A stretch of DNA of 64,000 bases from Ramazzottius varieornatus. Its lineage: Eukaryota > Animalia > Tardigrada. Positions 38,012 to 48,743 of this stretch are shown piece by piece. The translations under genes were made by a program, and so were the position numbers. The stretch spans positions 6,051,591-6,115,590 of the forward strand of contig BDGG01000001.1 in NCBI GenBank assembly GCA_001949185.1, read 5' to 3'. Under the pieces are notes generated by a model, which searched no databases, was not told where the DNA came from, and saw only the letters and a program-made list of their open reading frames with translations. Position 1 is the stretch's first letter. Every line of letters starts with the position of its first letter.

Positions 38012-38837
38012 ATGGTCGTCGCGGCGTTTCCGTTGGCTAAGTTGCTCTACCTTGCCGTCCGACAAGTCAGTAAGCCCATCGCGGCAGGGATCAAGACGCG
38101 CGCAAAGGCCAGTCCTTTCTTCAGAACGTACATTTGTATGCCTCCTGCTCAGTGTAAGTCATAGTTTACTCAAATTGAGGAACCCGGTCACTTCCGGTTG
38201 GCGGGTGAATGTTCCAGTAAATCAAGTTGAATCTATTTTGGCAAGCTATGCTCTGGTGGTTTGGCCCCAGCCGCTCCGTTTCTCGATTGGCAGTGATCAA
38301 CTGATGGCCAGCTAAACATCGTGTGAAAATCTGATTTCTTGAATTCCGATCTTTCTCGTTTCTACTTGACTGCTTGCAGTTTATCATTGGGCCGATGTGA
38401 AAATAAAGATGTGGGTGCTGAATCTTGGAAGTCCGGTGAAAGTGGCCAAGCTGAACGAAGCGCAAGCTATCGAACAAGGTGCGGAAATACTCGGTGAGAC
38501 TGTGATTTTCGGCATCGCTGTCGCGTGTCTCTTCGCGGAATACGTCCGCAGTTCCCGGAAAGAAGCCGTCAAAGAAGCAGCAGCCCAGGAGCGCCTCCGA
38601 ATAATGGAAGATGGGATCGTTGAAGTCGGAATGCTTGTTCAACGGCAAGACGCGCAGATTCGCGAGTTGACGAGAGCGCTGCTGACGATGAAACCCAAGA
38701 ATGTAAAGATTCCGGATTACGCGCCACATGCCGTAATAGTGCAGAGGGAAAGTGAAGATGCACCTACTGTGATACGTGTAGAACCTGATAATGGTAGCAA
38801 TTTAACAGATTCTAAATCACAACAGCCCAAGAGATGA
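38012..38837 (+). CDS. OPA3: OPA3 family mitochondrial membrane protein
   Basis: Exons 38012-38153 and 38380-38837; [24 protein letters not shown]...[16 protein letters not shown]...[20 protein letters not shown]...EY, followed by a coiled coil. Confidence 0.95.
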
Positions 38838-39417
38838 TGTTCTTGGCTTTTCGGATGGCTTTAAATTTTTATCAAAATGTGCTGTTTGCCGCACAGTTTG
38901 TGTTCGTTTTCCTCTTCCTTATCTTGACGTGTCCTACTCCTCGTTACTGGCTTGAAGTGCCTGGAATTTTGTTCGGATCGTTCTTACATGTGTCTGACCT
39001 TCCTTCAGTGATCCCAGATGTGGTATGGACCATAAATGCTGATGAAACTGGCCCACACAAGGTGCATGGGGGGACCGTATTTTTATATGAGATGAAGATC
39101 TTCCAATCAGATAGACGGATGACATGGTGCGTGTCTTTAGTAGGGAGGTGACCGCCGCTTTCCGCCTGCTGGCTGATTACGTACAGTCTTCTGGTCAATA
39201 CGGCAGTAAATAGCAACCATCAGTCAATCAATCAATCGATACAACTGTTCCTTTTGGGAAGTTTACCGAAAGCGAAATGCCATTTCCGGACCGGAGATTC
39301 CGATTTCATTTTCTCACTTTCTTCCAGCTCCTCCGAGTAAACCACCTTCAACCGCCACGGTAAGTCTCTTACGAGCAATATCATATCTTACAGCTGTGTG
39401 ACAGGTTGTGTTTACAG

Positions 39418-39708
39418 ATGGAGCACAAGATGGCTAATGACGAAGACTTCGATCTCCAGAAGGGAGATATGTCGCATCATCCGAAGGGACAGAAGGACGA
39501 CCAGAACCAGCGTGCCCAGGAGAAAAGAAGCAAGCATGACGGAAAGGGGGAACAGGCCGACCTAGCTACTGACCAGCTGGTGGACGAGAAGCACCATAAG
39601 ACCAACGAGATGAAGAAAGAAGAGAAGAAGCATGAACACGAAGCGCACGGACGACACGACCGTGTCCACAAGGCTTCTGATTATTCCAGCCACTCTGATA
39701 ATGCTTAA
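39418..39708 (+). CDS. Orphan 96-aa His/Lys/Asp/Glu-rich hydrophilic protein (predicted disordered)
   Basis: ATG immediately follows the acceptor TTTACAG; upstream donor GTAAGT at 39360 (5'UTR intron); coding-like purine-rich composition; T-rich 3' flank. Confidence 0.7.
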   Translation: MEHKMANDEDFDLQKGDMSHHPKGQKDDQNQRAQEKRSKHDGKGEQADLATDQLVDEKHHKTNEMKKEEKKHEHEAHGRHDRVHKASDYSSHSDNA

Positions 39709-40387
39709 AAGTGCTCTTACGAGACCTCTTACGGTGCTCTGACTTTCCAGTGGTTCGTACCATTTTTTTAATATTTTCTGGAAGAGGATTTCATCCGTTT
39801 TTATGTTTGAGGATTAAAACGCCGGACTATGGAAAATCAAAATTGGAAAATTGATCAGTTTTGCGGTGACGTCGTGGGTAAGGGAAGCCATGATGAGTAA
39901 AGTGACGTCACCTGGCGCATATTTGCGCCAACAGGACCGTCTTACGTGCGGTAAAATCTTTCGTACACTGGGCACATGTGCGCTCATTACAACACATCAT
40001 CTCGTCCTCGCAGCTATTCACATGCCAGAATTTGGCAATCTTCCCTTTCTCTTGCATTTATTCCACCTCTTCCTTAGGAGTCTGGATCGCCTATTCTTCT
40101 GCTTTGCTTGCCTGGTATCTATTCGAGTACTGGCCCATCTTGTAGATGATCGTTTGCGAGGTGGGGTGAAGGACTGTATCGGCATCGCCGAAGAAGCTTC
40201 AACAGTCAAGGTGAGCCGCTAAAGGTAAAGCTGTTTGGTTGATTGAACTAAACAGCCGGCAAGAATTGATTACCGCGGTCACAAGAGGTGCGTTAAAGCG
40301 TGCTTGTGTTTTTCGCATTCCGGTCGCAGGTCTTCCTCCGTGTCGGACCTCGACCACGTTTCCAACCGTAAAAGCCTCCGGAGTCTA

Positions 40388-41346
40388 ATGGCCAAAGGTC
40401 CGAAGCCTCGCGTGATCGGGGATCGACCGTTGATCCGATACGCTACTGTCGCAGTTAGCGTGCTTGGACTCATCATTTCAGCCTACGCTCTATATGTGGA
40501 GAAACGCCTTCATGACGATGATACCTATAAGCCTCTATGTGATATCAATGAAGAACTGCGTTGTAGCAAGGCATTATCGTCAAAGTAAGGCTAATATATT
40601 GAGAAGTTTGTGTCGGCATGAATTACGCGTGACTGGGCATTCCATCTTTGGCGCAAACCGCTCAGCGTTCTGGGTTTTTTTGTTTCAGGTATGGCTACGG
40701 ATTTGGCTTCTTGGGCAACGCTCTTGGACCTAATCACATCCTCAATCTCCCCAACACGGTTTATGGCATCATTTTTTACATCCTGATAGCTCTCCTTGGT
40801 ATAAGTTGAAAGGCTCCAGTCTGTACTTAATCAGCCACAATATGCAGATTCAATCAACTCGGCCAAGACGTAATTCACCATGTAGCGCACCAGGATTTCG
40901 CTGCTGTGTCACGACAGGCCAAATGGAAACGATATGAAACGATCCGAAAGCTCATCCGATTGACTGTGATTCTTTGTTTTCCAGGATATGCCCGCAATGC
41001 CAAAGCATCCACGGTGCAACTGAATCTTTGCTTCATCTCGGTGATGGTTTCCGGCTGGTTGGCCTACGTTTTGCTGTTCATCTTGGACGAGAAGTGCCCG
41101 GTTTGCTTCGCCACCTACGCCATCAACGCGGTTCTCCTCCTTCTCTCCATCTTCAAAGGCAGTCCTCGCTTGGCCGAGCCTCGCGACGCCATGGGAGCCA
41201 TCAAGAAGACTGACGGAGATCAAGCGACGAAGAAGGCCTCAGTTGCACCCAAGGAATCAAAATCGGTACCGAACGTCGACAGAGACTCCAAGACCTACAC
41301 GCAAGCTACCAAGCAGGAAACGAAGAGCAAAGCGCGGAGAGAATAG
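40388..41346 (+). CDS. VKORC1: Vitamin K epoxide reductase (VKORC1/VKORC1L1-like)
   Basis: Exons 40388-40584, 40689-40798, 40985-41346. Loop cysteines LCDINEELRCSKALSSKYGYGFG, LNLPNTVYG, active site CPVC followed by the TYA motif. Confidence 0.95.
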
Positions 41347-41621
41347 CGAAAACCTTTTTCCTAAGTGCGATTTTCTTGATTTTTGTTTCTTCGAAGTAAC
41401 TTTCTCTTTCAAGTATTTTTTGGCGCAACTAGTGTGACTGTTGTGTGAGTGTCTTGTAATGTGCTCCCACGAGTGTGTTTCGCTCCAAGTTCGTAATTTG
41501 TTTACAGTCCACTTGTCTGAGATCTGTTACCTAATTTTCCGAAACATAAGAGGGCCTGCCATGGCTAGTTTTGAGTGCTTGTTCACTGACGCACAGAAGC
41601 AGTGGAACACAATGGCGTATT

Positions 41622-42275
41622 GAGGTTTGCCGAACGGTATCGCAATATTTTGCAGATCCGCAATTTTTTTCCTAGGATACAGCTCAAAATTGCAGATTCG
41701 CAATTGATTTTGTCGAAAAGTCGGGAAATTGCAGATCTGCAGTATTTTTTCGCTGAAGATTGCTGGGGGCAATTTCGGAAAACTTCAAATAATATTTATT
41801 TGTGCCGTTAAACTGATAGTCTGACAAGAAAGTCTTATGCGAACTCATTTGAAATAAGTATAAGGTTGCGGCACCCTGGAATTCGGGAGCTGAGAGGTGA
41901 CATTTAAATCTCTTGGCTTAGAAGAAAGAAACCCGTTTGAAGCCACCCTCGTAGTTGACTTTACCACAAATATCGTACACTGTTGGACGTTAATTAGAGT
42001 GTAACTGGGTACCAGAGTCCTGACGGCGGCATTCTAAATGACAAACGATTTCAGCCATATCGTCATTTCAAGTGGCGCAAGTGATCATTGGTAATGGCTG
42101 AGACCATGCGCCAGTGGGAAAAGCTATTTCGTGATTTCCATTGCGGACCCCCGAAATAATCATCGCCTCGGACTATATTTCGTTAACTGAAATCATTAAC
42201 GCAGATCTTCAGACCGACCTGGAATTTCAGGAAAAATATTCAAGATTGCGGATCTGCAATTCTTCAAAACCCCTC
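41622..42275. mobile_element. Probable non-autonomous element with TTGCAGATCCGCAA subterminal repeats
   Basis: Motif at ~41649, 41690 and 41729, inverted at 42246-42260. Confidence 0.45.
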
Positions 42276-42309
42276 GTTTCCTATTTCCTTCACCAGAAGG
42301 TGACAATTG

Positions 42310-42355
42310 AACAATTGAACTAATTTCATCAGCAACTGAAATTAGTTCAATTGTT
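42310..42355. repeat. Perfect hairpin, 19-bp stem and 8-nt loop
   Basis: AACAATTGAACTAATTTCA / TGAAATTAGTTCAATTGTT. Confidence 0.9.
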
Positions 42356-43577
42356 GCGGTACTTTATTGAGATCTCAATATTCCCGGAATATCGTGTTCT
42401 AAAGCGACTTAAGCCCTCGGTTCCATAAGCGTGGAATGGATGTTGGATGTTTGGCTCAGAACATGTTATACTCAATGCATCAAAAACGGATGCGCTGATG
42501 GAAGCAGGTATTGTAATGCTTTCTGGAGCTCTGCGCGTACGTCGTCACACACGCGGAACATCCCTTAGGATGTTGGTAGTTAAAAATATCGGAACCAGGG
42601 TTGAACTTCGCGCATACATCGATGCACCGCGCGTGATTCGCAAAACAAAACCGTAAGCCTCGTGCCTTTCTCCGTCGTGCGACATGCACATACGCATACA
42701 TTCTCGCTCAATCAAGCGCCACAGACACCCAGAAACTCCGATACTTGGGACACCCACGTAAGGTTGTAAATTCCAGGCCGAATACGCTTGGAATGAAAAA
42801 CTGGAAAGAAAACCCTAATATTCCTCTATTCCTATTTCCTTCTCCAGAAGGTCCTCGCAAAAATCTGGAATCACAAAGTGCCATTTGCCAGCTTAATTCT
42901 TTTTACATACCCATCTAGAACAGCAAGAATGATCTGAAGTCATCAACAAATATTGGTTTTGAGACTGAAAGCCAGCTGGAGATTGGCTGATCCGAACTTT
43001 CAGTCTTGTCAGACCTGAAAGTTCAAGGGAAAATCGAGGACCTACGCACAGTTGAATGCGCCGCATACTTTAGTGCGACGGATCGAAAATGCTTTTGGTC
43101 TTTCAACTGAACGAACAATTAGCCTCAGTGGTACGCATGTGTGAGCCAGCATCGGGTTCAGTTTTTCGACAGGATCTGCTGGATCTTCGACTGTTTACCT
43201 CGTGGAATTCCTAAATTTTCTTCGGTTTCTGCTAGTTTTCCAAATAGGAATTTCACCGTTCCAAACGGCTACTCCTCGAAACGGAACGGAATTCCAGGCA
43301 TGGAACGGAAATTGGAAAGGAATGAAATTAGGAAGTTACAACCTTACACCCACGTGGCTTTTAACGCGCTCTAGGGCGCAAGTTCAACAAATTAGATAGC
43401 CCCATTGTGAGTTTTGATAACCAATTATAAGTTGCTCAGTTTTCGGAATTCTAATACGATTCTAATTAAGAATGGAATTGTCCAGCCTGGGATTCCGAAT
43501 TTCGATTGTCATATTGGAATTCATAAACGGTTGGTTCTGCCCATTTTCATTTATCAATTGTAATAATCGGAGCAACT

Positions 43578-44121
43578 AGTGCTGGAATAAGTACGATAAG
43601 ATATGATATTTTCTGACAAATATCTTTCAATATTTATATTTCGTTTTAGATATCAACCACGTTTCGATATTTCGATATGATACGTTTCTGATACTTTATT
43701 GTTGATATATCGAATTTTATTGCAGTGCTATATCGATATATCAAGCCAGTACCATGTTAAATACCATCGAAATCAAGAAAGAGCCAAAGAGAAACCAGAC
43801 GGCTATCGCTCACTACGCTCGAGTCAGAACGAAAGTCAAATGTCTTCGTGTACGCGAGTGTGTTCGTTGCTCAGTGTATCAAGGTCTGCCGTCACGCACC
43901 TAGGTACGGGGACTGTTCACTTCTCCGAAGTCAGCTTGGATGCATGTGCGCGATACATTACGGGCGAGGATGCGCTGCCTGCGCGGTACCGAACCGGAGT
44001 ACTGGCTTCCGAAGTTCCGAATCTCAAGTGCGGGTTCGCGATTTATCGATATAGCAGAAATATATCGAAATACCGCGATATGATATTTTCATTTATCATA
44101 TTTCACGTACCCATCATCCCT
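43578..44121. mobile_element. MITE-like element with ATATCGATAT subterminal repeats
   Basis: Clusters of GATAT/ATATCG at both ends; similar element at 54350-54760. Confidence 0.45.
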
Positions 44122-45725
44122 CCCTGGTTACCTGAGGTCGTTAAAAGATGCACCCTGATCAATACGGAGCAAGCGATTCCGGGGAGGCTATAAAAAACGA
44201 ACGCTACAGGTGACACCGTGTCATTCATCCTGCGGTTTCTACTCGGACGCGTGGTATTACTGACTTTCTTGACTTGCCATATATAGTCTTTCTTACGAGA
44301 TGTGACAACTTTTTATTCGCCCGCTTCCATTCTATTCTAACTACTGCCAAGTTTTATCGATTTCGCAGGAGTTACCGAATTGTATCGTCAGATTTTTGGT
44401 CGGAAGTTGAACCGAATCGTGAAAATATTTTTGAGGTGTTACTTTTCGGAGAGCCCCTGTACAGAAAAAAACTTGACCACCAACATTCGTGGACAGTTGA
44501 TGGTTGTATGGTTATGAGTGTCTGGTTTCTAACTGGAAATCACGTTTACTGTAATCAAGTGACCGACATGCGTGAAGACAGTCGTAAGCCATGTGATTTC
44601 GCAGACAAGATTGGATATTGAACTGCGCAACTTCTGGGCAGCAGGCTGGCCAGACTTTTGATCTCCTTCGAGCGGACTCTCGCTACTGCGATTCAGTGTT
44701 TCTGCCGTGGTCGGTTTCAGCAATATGGTCAACGAAGTAGCGTTCGAGGGTGATATATGCGAAAAGAAAACAAATACGCAAGGTGCTGTAGAAAAACATG
44801 GAGACAACCAGTCCTGGTGTGTTCCGATCGTGCTGACCTGTATATTATCATTAAACACAACAGCGAATTCTGCGTGTTCCGGGCAGTCTTTCTTCACGCT
44901 TCGGCACCGAATTCTATCCCACTAGATCGGTGCTTTAAAGTATTAATTTCGGTTTGGAAAAAAATAACTGTTACGATGGAGATTGCGGAGTTTCATTTAC
45001 CACGCGGAAAACTTCGGTGTATTGTTTGAGCGTGTCGCTGTTTGGTCTGATTTTTGTAGTATTACGGCCACAGATACACTGTCAGCCTGACTGCCTCCCA
45101 ATTATGAGTGATCCCCTAGACCTCTACTCAAACAATCGCATGTCCTGTCCCTGCAACCTAATTCCGATCGTTCAAAATGTTTATAAAAGAACAAGAGTTA
45201 GTCTGCATGGTCATGCGCCATGGCAAGAACAGAATCAGCAAACCAGTCGGCATGGCGAACAATTTCAAAACTGAGTGTTTTTTGTCCCCCACAGTCTGAT
45301 ATGGCCATGTCGAGCCTCTGCATCCCCGCATCCCCAAAATGCACCAAACACCGTACTGTCGAACAAAACACGAAGTAAGACAATTGGACGTTCCGTCGAG
45401 GAGTGACATGCGGCGACCAAATGGTTGTTTTGACGGTTTAACCTACCTTCGATTTCGAATTAAGCAAAGTTCCGCGTCAGTAGCAAAACCTTGCGGGGAG
45501 TTGGTTGTTTCCCAGCATACCACATCCATTCGTACCAATCAGCCACGAGTAGGACGAACAAAACTGAGAAATACGGGTTCTGGAAATTTGAAAATCCAGA
45601 AAGACCATCAGAACAGCCATTTGGTCGGCACACGTTACTCCTCGACACTTTGGTATACGCTATATCGTTTCCCACCCTAAACTGGCTTGGTAGCTTACCC
45701 CTGGACGGAATAGCTTGCTTCTGTT

Positions 45726-46391
45726 TAGTGATGTTCTGATATAGTAATATTATATTAAAGTAGATGATAGTAGATGGTTTGAGCATCTACTATATTTAGT
45801 AATATTTAGTAAACAGAATTGAGAACCGCATTTCAATATTTATAATTTAGTGGCTTGAAACCGGAAGTGCGATATTTTATTATCAAGTTGTCCATCGTCT
45901 ATAGTGAAATATATTTTAATACGGGTAACGCTACCGCTGATTCAGAAAACTTGTTGGTTTGCTGAGTTCTGATGCGTGTGCGTTGGTTTCTCGATGTGCG
46001 ACCACGCCCCATAAAGTGCGCCACACCATAATGATGCCTCTACAGCAGCACAGTAGGGCTTCTGCAAATTGAATACCCTTAGACATCGTGCACCTGCAAA
46101 AAGTCTGACACTTCAGCCGGCCATGTTACAGTATGCAGGTGCAGCGTGCGAGCTGTACTACAGTATTTTTGCTGATCTGATGGTTGTGATTCTAAATCTT
46201 CAGATCTCCCGTCAAGCTCTCCGATATTAAAGTACATCTCAGTAACAAACACCCGAAAGATCTACTATAGTAATATTTTATTAAATCAGGTAGACCTTTT
46301 ATTATAGTAGTCAGTTATTAGAACTTTGATGGACGGCGGATATTTATTTTTATTGTATTAGATCTCATTAACCCATATTAGAACATCAGTA
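45726..46391 (+). mobile_element. Non-autonomous internal-deletion derivative of the hAT at 48744-52690, inverted
   Basis: TAGTGATGTTCT...AGAACATCAGTA; 8-bp TSD CTTCTGTT/GTTCTGTT. Left part matches the reverse complement of ~52250-52690, right part the reverse complement of 48744-48960. Confidence 0.9.
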
Positions 46392-46639
46392 GTTCTGTTC
46401 AGACCTGCACTAGCGGTTACTCCTAGGATGGCACGTCTAATACCGTATATCGTATGAAGAATTTATTTAGTTAAGCTTTAGAATTCCGCTTTGTTGTTTC
46501 ATGTTCGTGCAATAATTGGCATTCATCGTTGATTATTCGAGATTTTCCGCTTGCCCGGGTCTGCCGGGCCTTCCTGACAAGCCGGTTACGCCCATTGCAA
46601 ATATGAAACAATACACTTTTTAAACATTGGGGTACCACT

Positions 46640-46750
46640 AGACAGGGGCGCGCGGAGCTCTCGAGGATGGGTAAGGCTGGAAAAAATCGTGTTTTTGAGC
46701 CTCGAGGCCGGCAAAAATCGTGACCAAGGCTCGCGAGATCCGAAAACAAT
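46640..46750. repeat. Dispersed repeat homologous (inverted) to 58445-58565
   Basis: Shared GGATGGGTAAGGCTG...TTTTGAGCCTCGAGGC. Confidence 0.65.
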
Positions 46751-47099
46751 GTATGGTACATTTGAACAAAATCTTGCGTTTTCGTGTAAAACGTCGTATA
46801 CAAGTGCCACACTTCCATTCGGTAATGGTGTAAGAACCAATCCTGCAGTTCTAATTTGAACCGAGCATCGGGAGCTGTAACCGTTCCAGAAAAACGTCCA
46901 GAAACGGCTCAAAAGCGCTCGAAAACCTAAAAATTTTAGACAGCTTCGACCGGCCTCATGACGCATCTGGTTTCCCCTCTCCTTTGACAGCGAAATTCCC
47001 AGCCACTCAAGGCTGAAAATCTGGGCAAGGGGGCAGGCTGGGCATCGTCAGCCCTATGGCTCAACGCGGCCCTGCTACTATGGCTGTTAATGATTTCAT

Positions 47100-47255
47100 C
47101 AGTTTGAACCATAGGGTTCGGTTTGGTTTAAGTGGTGGTTTGCACGCCAAACCGGTTTCTCCCACAAACCACCAGAAGTGGGTTGGTCTAATGTTCAAAC
47201 CAAACCATCTAAACCGAACCACATAAACCACCGGTCTGAACCGGTTTGCGAACAA
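47100..47255. repeat. GGTTT/AAACC-motif MITE-like fragment
   Basis: Dense, mutually inverted GGTTT and AAACC motifs. Confidence 0.45.
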
Positions 47256-48743
47256 CTTCTCGTCAATACTACACAGTAAGTTCTGCCTTGGTTTTCCTCA
47301 ATTGATGATACCAATCGACGGAGGTCACCATCGAGGAGTTCGACGAGGACATGAGAAAATTGAGACACATAGCTGGTTTCTCCGCGAACAGGAATGAACA
47401 GGCAGAAATGACGCGTGCTGGAGTCGGAAAAACACCATGGCAGCTCATAACAACCCAGAAATCGTTCACAAAGTCGGAAAATTACGAGATGAGTTATTTC
47501 TACTACATTTCGACTAACCTCATGGTCAACTACGTCGACTTTGTGAACGCATCGGGGTGGACAACCAGAGTAGCCAACCATCTCCATGACGGAGTGCCCA
47601 CCAGAGCTACTAGCCAAAAGAAGCTAGTAGGTTTCAATCCAACTTTTCATTTCCTCGTCCAGCTTCCGGCTTGCGACCTTGACCATTTTGAAAAGAGATA
47701 TTTTCCTATCAGTAGCTAATCCTGAAAGCGTTTACTGTTAGAATACAGATAACTATTGGTTCCGTTTGGCGTGGGGAAAGCGATATACGTATGTGATATG
47801 AATGTGTCAACGTTATCTTGCAAGAAGGACTTCCGCTGTTGCTGCACTGTTGTCTCAGAAGTTCCTTCCTTGAACGTCAGCCTCCAAAACCTTCCCAGCA
47901 TCTTTGCACTGTCTTCTCTAGTGTTGTTCCGATATGACTTTTTCAGTTCGAATTGCAATTACGATTAATCGGAAATCCCTCGCGTATCAGCAATTTGAAT
48001 TGCAGGTACCTCTTCCTGCCTGGGTTCTGCCATACGTCATACAAGGACGAATTGGAGCTTCGCGAAGCACTTTGTACGCATTCTAAATGCCTGATTCTGC
48101 TGTGTACGTGCACAAGCGCACCGTTAGTCACTCAATCAAGCACTGACAGTGCTTCACAGGGCGAGAAAGTGATATATCCACGTGCATTCCGCGTGTTTCT
48201 TTAGTGTCAGTTATTATTCGAATTAGCAACATCTTGGATTTCAATTGTACGTTAAAATATCTTCTCGTTCGTGGAATTCCGATTCAATTCCGATCAACAC
48301 CGAAATGACCGACCCAGAATTTGCAGTTTGAATTGTCGTAGCGGATTCCAAAACCGTCAAATTTGGCCATTTTCAATTACGAATTACAATAATCGGAACA
48401 CCACTGGTCTTCTCGAAGTCGAATAAAGACAGTGAAGCTATGGAAAGTATTCGAACTTGAAGGGAACGCACAGTGAGATTACTCAGGAAAACTACGGCAG
48501 TCAATGGGTAGCCAGCCCAGTTCAATAATAAATTTTCGAACGCTAGTTGATCAAAATCAGGTAAGTTGCTGCTTGGTTGCTCACAATTTCGTCTGTCACA
48601 CCAGCTAGCTTTTCTGAGCCTTCAGAAAGTCTACGTGGTTCTTCATAACGACCTCGTCACATATAACGACACAGTCGACTAAATGTACCCGGCCTCGGAC
48701 GACGATTTCTGAAGCTCTGGCAGCAGTGTTGATATGTGATGAA

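Noticed and set aside
38166-38729. 187-aa antisense ORF over OPA3, and similar shadow ORFs over ITM2 and the transposases
   Set aside because: Antisense shadows of real coding exons.
39277-39359. Upstream ATG as the true start of the His-rich ORF
   Set aside because: Splicing at 39360/39417 would put it out of frame with the hydrophilic ORF; treated as UTR or uORF.
44270-45720. Coding-like patches here and at 47351-47719
   Set aside because: Multiple stops and no recognisable family.
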